From an uncultured virus (IMG/VR IMGVR_UViG_3300032069_000008) (Duplodnaviria > Heunggongvirae > Uroviricota > Caudoviricetes): a stretch of DNA of 64,000 nucleotides. The notes under the pieces are model-generated. The model saw nothing but the letters and a program-made list of their open reading frames with translations. It made no database searches and was not told where the DNA came from. The DNA lies in IMG/VR virus record IMGVR_UViG_3300032069_000008. One strand, written 5' to 3'. Of this stretch, positions 57,944 through 64,000 are shown in pieces. Position 1 is the first letter of the stretch. Each line of letters begins with the position of its first letter. Made by a program: the position numbers and the translations under genes.

Positions 57944-58417
57944 ATGGAAACAATACTAGAAACCAAAAGACCGTGGATTTTGCTAATCTTTGCCGTAGTG
58001 GTAATTAGCGTCATCGGCGCCCTCGCAGGTGTCGCTGGTGTAAACAATCCACTAAGCCCCGTTACAATGGGACCATCTCTGATAACGCCAAATGTACCAG
58101 CAACCCCCAGTGCAGTGCCTGGAACTTATGTACTAAATGGTGCAGCAGTTCTGAGCCTAGCCCTATGGGCCATAATAGCCTATGGTGTCGCTAAGGGACA
58201 AACGTGGACATGGTGGTTATTAGCGTTCCAGTCAATTCTGGCGCTAGTTAATGCCGTGTTCGGCTTTTTGACAGCACAGCCATTATCGCTAGTAGCGGTA
58301 ATTGTCTATGTAGTACTGTTCGCTGCACTGTTCAAAAAGGAAACCATCGAAGCTTTCCAACCAAACCTAAAGATAATACCGGCATTAAGAAAAGGCGGAG
58401 AAGAATATCTCTGGTAA
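57944..58417 (+). CDS. 4-TM membrane protein
   Basis: Hydrophobic segments. Confidence 0.7.
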   Translation: METILETKRPWILLIFAVVVISVIGALAGVAGVNNPLSPVTMGPSLITPNVPATPSAVPGTYVLNGAAVLSLALWAIIAYGVAKGQTWTWWLLAFQSILALVNAVFGFLTAQPLSLVAVIVYVVLFAALFKKETIEAFQPNLKIIPALRKGGEEYLW

Positions 58418-58508
58418 TAGGGCGAAAACTAAAGTCTGGGGGCGTATCGCCCCAATTTGCTTTATTTGGTGTCCTAAATTGAGATTTCATATTAAAAGGT
58501 GAATAATA

Positions 58509-60461
58509 ATGAAGACAATAAAAGTAATAGTAATATTATTGATGCTGGTCTTTTCGTTAGTGCCAACAACCATGATTGTCTCTGCTGATGGTGGATACGA
58601 ACCATTAAATGGTGGACCAAACTACATGGGTTTTACGGAACCAAGTAAGAACGTCACAGTTGGTGCTACTTTCTACAGTTACATTTATGGTGATATCAGT
58701 TCAGAGATAGACACAATAGCTGTAGATAATTTAACTTATCTTCCTGCGGGGATTCTAACTTACAGTTCATTAAGCCCCACACTGTCTAAGGGAACATTGT
58801 TGAATGCCTCGAATGATGAAAACTATACAGTCACTTTTCTACGTCCCACTACTAATGTGTCAAACAGTGCTGGGTATGCGAATCCTTGGTTATGGGCGTG
58901 GCAAACAATAACTGTTAACAATACAAATGCGACAGCATTCAATACACGGTGGGTTGCAGCTAGTTGTGGTATTGCAACTTTTACAATAACTGCTGGTGGA
59001 ACAGCACTTGGTGGCATTGACCCAGGAACAACAAAATATACGCAGACCGTTTATGTTCATCCAGATTCAACAGGATTATTTACCGCTACAGCTTATAATA
59101 CAACACAGATTAATCTTACTTGGAATAAAGGAACAGGCGCAGATAGAACAGTCATACGTTGTAGCACTGTTTCCAATCCAACAACTCCAACTGGTGGAAG
59201 TGGAGTGTATAATGATACTGGAACAACAACACCTCATCCTGGTTTAACTCCAGGCGAACACATATATTATTCTGCTTGGTCGTGGAATGCAACGGCAAAC
59301 CTATACAGCATTGCATATCAACAGGATGATGCAACGGCATTAGTTCCAAACAGTCCGCCAACATTTGGTACGCCAAGCCCGACAAACAGTTCAACCGGTC
59401 AGAATTTAGCATTGACTTGGAGCATACCAATAAACGACCCAGAGGGAGATACATTTGCATACTGGCTAAATTGTAGCAACGGTAACAATTTTAGTTCGGT
59501 TCTATCATCGAATGGAACAAAGTCCTTATCTTTATCTGGATTATCTTATAACACGACATATATAGTTTGGGTAAATGCCACGGACTCAGGCGGTAGCGGT
59601 CAGTGGACACGCGAATGGTATAATTTTACAACAAAAATTGACACAGCGCCAAATGTACCTACCAATCCATCACCAGCGAACGGTGCAACAAATGTTAAAC
59701 CAGATAAGAAAAAACTTACATGTACTGTTACAGACCCTGATGGAGACAGCATAACCGTACAATTCTATTGGGCGAATGGTACACTGATTGGAACTGACAC
59801 AATCGCAAGCGGTGGAACTGCGGAGGTCGCTATACCCACACTTGCTGAAACTACAATATACCGCTGGTATGTCAATGCGTCGGACGGAATACTGTCAACT
59901 TTAGGTCCGGCAGGAGCACCAGCAACCAACTGGTCTTTCATAACTGGAAAAATTACACATGGTGGTACAAGTCCAAGTCTACTCAATACCCTTTTAGTCA
60001 CAGCAATGTTCAAAGGTGTTCCTCTTCAAGGCGCTATAATCCTCATATATAAGGGAATTGGCACTCAAGCGGTTAATATCGTTGCAACAAGTGAAAACGG
60101 AATGGCAATTCTACTTGCAGACGGTATATATACCATACATGTAGCAAAGGCAGGCTATCAGGAGCAAACAAGGACAATAACATTGACGCAGAACATGGCG
60201 GTTGTATTCAATCTACAAACACTACAAGTTGTCGACTATCTACTGTTGGGCGGAACCATCCTCCTTCTTGTGATAGGGCTATACCTGGCATATACGGTCG
60301 TTAAAGGAAAAACATATCTAAATACCTCCTCGACACAGTTGATTGCAGTATTGCTTGATGTTGCAGTGATAGTTATAGGGTTGTACTATTTCTGGCTGAT
60401 GGCTATCGCGGGAGCCGCTTTGCTTATAGCCGAAATAATCTGGATGAGATGGACAAAATAA
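58509..60461 (+). CDS. Surface protein with FN3/Ig-like modules and C-terminal TMs
   Basis: INLTW (FN3), P.PxNG..DPDGD modules, WVNATD. Confidence 0.8.
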   Translation: MKTIKVIVILLMLVFSLVPTTMIVSADGGYEPLNGGPNYMGFTEPSKNVTVGATFYSYIYGDISSEIDTIAVDNLTYLPAGILTYSSLSPTLSKGTLLNASNDENYTVTFLRPTTNVSNSAGYANPWLWAWQTITVNNTNATAFNTRWVAASCGIATFTITAGGTALGGIDPGTTKYTQTVYVHPDSTGLFTATAYNTTQINLTWNKGTGADRTVIRCSTVSNPTTPTGGSGVYNDTGTTTPHPGLTPGEHIYYSAWSWNATANLYSIAYQQDDATALVPNSPPTFGTPSPTNSSTGQNLALTWSIPINDPEGDTFAYWLNCSNGNNFSSVLSSNGTKSLSLSGLSYNTTYIVWVNATDSGGSGQWTREWYNFTTKIDTAPNVPTNPSPANGATNVKPDKKKLTCTVTDPDGDSITVQFYWANGTLIGTDTIASGGTAEVAIPTLAETTIYRWYVNASDGILSTLGPAGAPATNWSFITGKITHGGTSPSLLNTLLVTAMFKGVPLQGAIILIYKGIGTQAVNIVATSENGMAILLADGIYTIHVAKAGYQEQTRTITLTQNMAVVFNLQTLQVVDYLLLGGTILLLVIGLYLAYTVVKGKTYLNTSSTQLIAVLLDVAVIVIGLYYFWLMAIAGAALLIAEIIWMRWTK

Positions 60462-60672
60462 TTAAAGAAATCTTTAATCGTTCAAAATTCATTAAAGAAT
60501 CCCACGATTTTCTTTAGTATGAGATAATCTTCAATCTGATAAATCTATAACTCATACGCTAGTTGTCATATCTTTGGGATGTATACCGTACTTGTCATTA
60601 CCTTTTTAATAATAAATATCATTATATCTTTGAAGGTATCGTTATGAAGTTAAACTTGGAAGGTGTTTAGAA

Positions 60673-62409
60673 ATGAAAAAAGCTATTTCAATCTTGATAA
60701 TGACGATTTTAATTATTTCAGGAATTCAACTGTTTTTCCCGATAGCATCTGCGGACGCCACCAATACATGGGTGGATGATGATGCTTCCCCTGGATGGTA
60801 TGATGCTACACATGTAAAAACCATAACCGAAGGTATTGCAAATGCATCAGCGGGTGGAACTTCAACAGTTTATCCAGGAACCTATACTGCGAGTCTGACG
60901 ATTCAAAAACAGTTGAGATTGGTTGCCTATAATGCGACAAAACCACAGATTAACGGTAAAATAACTATCAGTGGAAGTATTAGTGTTCCAGTGCATATTG
61001 AAGGATTTTCTATAAATGGTGCATCAAATAATGCTATTGCTATCAGCAGGGCTAATTATGTCAACGTTACAAAATGCAACTTAACAGCTACAGGAGCTAC
61101 TGTTGTTTCGATACAAGGCAGATACGGTAATATATCGTACTGTAATATCACTGGAGGAACTTTCGTACCTGTCAGATTAAGTACAATAAGTAGTTGGACT
61201 GAAGGGAATAATGTTTTGTGGTACAATAATATCTCAGGAGCTTCAATAGTTCCTGAATCTGGTGTTAGTATAGTTCAATTAAGTACTGAAGTTGGAGGAA
61301 ACACTGTTGTAGGGAACAGAATCCACGATTCAACAAATGAGACATACAGCTATGGAATATATGTTGACGATTCTGGAAACTGGATATATCATAACAACTT
61401 CATTAATAATGCACGGCATGCATGGGCTTCTGCTTCAGCCAACTACTGGAACTTATCTTATCCTGGGGGCGGTAATTACTGGGAAGGGCACGGTACTCAA
61501 GATATTTACTTTGGTGCAAATCAAGATTTAGTCGGCTACGACCTTATCTGTGATTTGAACTCGCCTGACCAATACAATATTAGTGAGAACAATGTCGACC
61601 ACTATCCATTCTTAAATCAATTTGACGGCACACTCCCATCGGATATAAATCGTGCTCCTGCTTTTGGAACACCGAATCCAGCAAACGGCTCGACAAACCA
61701 GTCTTTATCATTTGCATGGCAAATTGGCATTACGGATGCGAACAGCGACACGTTCAACTGGACGATTGAATGCAACAACAGCCAATCGAGCGGTGCCAAT
61801 GGAGAGATAGATGGAACAAAATCTCTTTCATTATCTGACTTGACAAACGATACAACTTATACAATCTGGGTGAATGCCACAGACGGCATCGATTGGACGA
61901 GAGAGTGGTACACATTCAATACAACTCTCAATTATCCACCCAGTCAGCCGACCAACGAGCACCCAGCAAACAACTCAGATTACGTTTTGATTAACGCCAA
62001 GATGAATGTAAAAGTCATTGACCAAAACAACGATAGCATGAATGTCACATTCTACTGGGGCAACAACTCGCTAATCAACAGCATCCATGGCGTGGCGAGC
62101 AACACCGTAGCCGAGTTCACAATCATCGATTTCATGATGATGAGCCACAACACCGAGTATACCTGGTACGTTACAGTCGATGACGGCGAAGCAAACATCA
62201 CAGGTCCCACATGGACATTCCACACCTGCCGTTCCTATGATTTGAACGGAGATGACACAGTGAATTATCTTGACATCAGTTCATTGGTATCGCATTATGG
62301 CGAATCTGTGTCGCCTTCAGGGTCTCAGCCCTGGGACATCAACAATGATGGTGCAACAAACTACCTCGATATTAGCGGTTTAGTTTCACATTATGGTGAG
62401 AGTTATTAA
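60673..62409 (+). CDS. Secreted NosD/beta-helix protein with Ig-like modules and C-terminal dockerin-like domain
   Basis: YHNNF...GGNYW; duplicated D(L/I)N.D...NYLDIS.LVSHYGE. Confidence 0.85.
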   Translation: MKKAISILIMTILIISGIQLFFPIASADATNTWVDDDASPGWYDATHVKTITEGIANASAGGTSTVYPGTYTASLTIQKQLRLVAYNATKPQINGKITISGSISVPVHIEGFSINGASNNAIAISRANYVNVTKCNLTATGATVVSIQGRYGNISYCNITGGTFVPVRLSTISSWTEGNNVLWYNNISGASIVPESGVSIVQLSTEVGGNTVVGNRIHDSTNETYSYGIYVDDSGNWIYHNNFINNARHAWASASANYWNLSYPGGGNYWEGHGTQDIYFGANQDLVGYDLICDLNSPDQYNISENNVDHYPFLNQFDGTLPSDINRAPAFGTPNPANGSTNQSLSFAWQIGITDANSDTFNWTIECNNSQSSGANGEIDGTKSLSLSDLTNDTTYTIWVNATDGIDWTREWYTFNTTLNYPPSQPTNEHPANNSDYVLINAKMNVKVIDQNNDSMNVTFYWGNNSLINSIHGVASNTVAEFTIIDFMMMSHNTEYTWYVTVDDGEANITGPTWTFHTCRSYDLNGDDTVNYLDISSLVSHYGESVSPSGSQPWDINNDGATNYLDISGLVSHYGESY

Positions 62410-62426
62410 AAATCGAGTTGATAAAA

Positions 62427-64000
62427 ATGAAAAAAATAATTTCGATTGTGATAATGTCGCTGTTAATTCTATCGGGGCTTCAACTGTTTTCTCAGTATAA
62501 ATTTTCTGATACTGCTATTGCCCTGAATACAAACATTTCCAGGGGTGGTTCCATATACGGCAACGCACGAACATTGGCAAGAACTTCCGACGGAACTTTG
62601 TATACTGTTTTTTCAAGAGAAGACACTGGTATAGATATATGGATTACTAATTCAACTGACAACGGAACTACTTGGGCTGAAGCAACGCAATTGACTTTTT
62701 TTGATGCTCCAGAATATAATCAACAAGCTCCATGTATAGTTGTCGATAGTTTGGATAGGATTTATGTATTTTGGTCAGGAGCCCCCGATATGACTGATAC
62801 ATATAGGTCAACTGTTAGATATAAGGTTTATGATGGGGGTTGGAGTGAAGCATTCAATTTAACATTAGATGAAAATAATTATAATTATCAGCCATATGTA
62901 GCAATAGACAGTACGGATACTGTGCATGTAGAGTGGCTAAATGATAGCTGGGGTAAAACAAGGTACACATATTCTACAGGTATACTGGAAACAGGAGAAT
63001 TGACATGGAGTACGTTCTATAATGTTTCATCACCAGACGGTAATTACGATGCATATTATTCTTTTGCTATAAATTCTACAGATGTTGTTCACTTCGTTTT
63101 AACAAAAGATTTTGATTATATCGGCTCAGATATAGACTTTTCTTATATTCAATACCGTACTTTTGATGGGACAGACTGGTCAGGTTATGTTAATCTGACA
63201 GTTCCAGATGATACCGTGACGTATTGTACTTACGCTCCATCGATAGTAATAGATAGTGAAGACAACGTACACATCATATGGATAAATTATACTATAGCCG
63301 TAGCTGGTCCTGGTTCAATAGAGTATACGATGTTTAATGGTTCTAGTTGGAGTGCTGTTACTACTCTTTATTCTGATGAAAAAGACTACGACAAAATTCA
63401 AACTACTTCGATGGCATTGTCAAATGATGGGATTGATGAAGCTGTTCATGTTGCTTGGAGAACGGAATTTTACAATGATATTGGAGATATACTTGGTCAT
63501 AATATTACCTACATCAATTATACGAATTCTTGGAATGCACTACTGAATCTATCATATGATGATTACGATGGTGAAACTTTTTTCTTTAATTTTTTATATG
63601 CATCTTATCCGAACATATCGTCCAATCGAACAAATATTCCAGCGACTGGTTATTGTTTTGCTTTTGAAAATGGACTAGATGTCGATTTTTTTGCAAGTGA
63701 TGATTTGTCGTTTTTATCTGGTGTGGGCGGAGAAGACAATCCTCCAGTAATATCAAACATTCAAGCAAATCCAAATCCACAGCTAAACAATAGCTATGTT
63801 AATATCACTTGTACCGTTACTGATGATACAAATCTCAGCACGGTAAAAATCAATATTTCTGGACCCGTTGGTTTTACGACAACAAACATATCGATGAACC
63901 AAGATGGTGGTAACAATTTCTATTATAACGATACGTATATTATCTTGGGAATCTATACTTATTTCATCTGGGCAAATGATACGACAAATCACACCAAAAA
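62427..64000 (+). CDS. Secreted BNR/sialidase-like beta-propeller protein (3' end outside window)
   Basis: Starts MKKIISIVIMSLLILSGLQLF; Asp-box STDNGTTW; appears to run off the window end. Confidence 0.7.
   Translation, partial: MKKIISIVIMSLLILSGLQLFSQYKFSDTAIALNTNISRGGSIYGNARTLARTSDGTLYTVFSREDTGIDIWITNSTDNGTTWAEATQLTFFDAPEYNQQAPCIVVDSLDRIYVFWSGAPDMTDTYRSTVRYKVYDGGWSEAFNLTLDENNYNYQPYVAIDSTDTVHVEWLNDSWGKTRYTYSTGILETGELTWSTFYNVSSPDGNYDAYYSFAINSTDVVHFVLTKDFDYIGSDIDFSYIQYRTFDGTDWSGYVNLTVPDDTVTYCTYAPSIVIDSEDNVHIIWINYTIAVAGPGSIEYTMFNGSSWSAVTTLYSDEKDYDKIQTTSMALSNDGIDEAVHVAWRTEFYNDIGDILGHNITYINYTNSWNALLNLSYDDYDGETFFFNFLYASYPNISSNRTNIPATGYCFAFENGLDVDFFASDDLSFLSGVGGEDNPPVISNIQANPNPQLNNSYVNITCTVTDDTNLSTVKINISGPVGFTTTNISMNQDGGNNFYYNDTYIILGIYTYFIWANDTTNHTK

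Noticed and set aside
20923..63992. Numerous minus-strand ORFs inside long + strand genes
   Set aside because: Antisense shadows with no ribosome-binding site or motifs, fully overlapped by well-supported genes.
1..64000. CRISPR array, cas genes or Borg-style perfect tandem repeats
   Set aside because: No regularly spaced repeats were seen. The periodic signal at 8-10 kb is tRNA T arms, and the RuvC protein is TnpB-sized with no array.

Overview
This is an AT-rich, gene-dense archaeal mobile-element-like region: a large virus, plasmid or other extrachromosomal element, or an integrated copy of one. It has no rRNA, ribosomal-protein or core metabolic genes, and I recognised no capsid or terminase gene. 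Archaeal origin is supported by Cdc6/Orc1, TATA/BRE-type promoters, GGTGA/GGAGG ribosome-binding sites, archaeal-type tRNA identity elements and PGF-CTERM proteins. The beta-helix/PKD/dockerin secreted proteins suggest a Thermoplasmatota-like host (inference). Left to right: a cdc6/orc1 gene flanked by iteron-like repeats (candidate origin); a divergently transcribed array of 27 tRNA genes covering all 20 amino acids (7995-10995); about 35 kb of small virus-like genes, almost all on the + strand (AAA ATPase, HNH and two LAGLIDADG endonucleases, two AEP primase-like genes, YopX, HIRAN, Gp37/Gp68, SWIM, ART-fold proteins, one more tRNA); a stand-alone TnpB; and an 18 kb block of membrane-anchored or secreted proteins. 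The standout result is two tRNA genes that each appear to encode two isoacceptors. The only tRNA-Leu gene (10674-10820) has two mutually exclusive 7-nt anticodon mini-exons (UAA or CAA), each with its own bulge-helix-bulge splice motif, which suggests cis alternative splicing of a tRNA. The only unambiguous tRNA-Ile gene (8595-8692) carries two complete tandem anticodon arms (UAU and GAU). All structures were folded by eye and all protein calls rest on motif recognition, not database searches.
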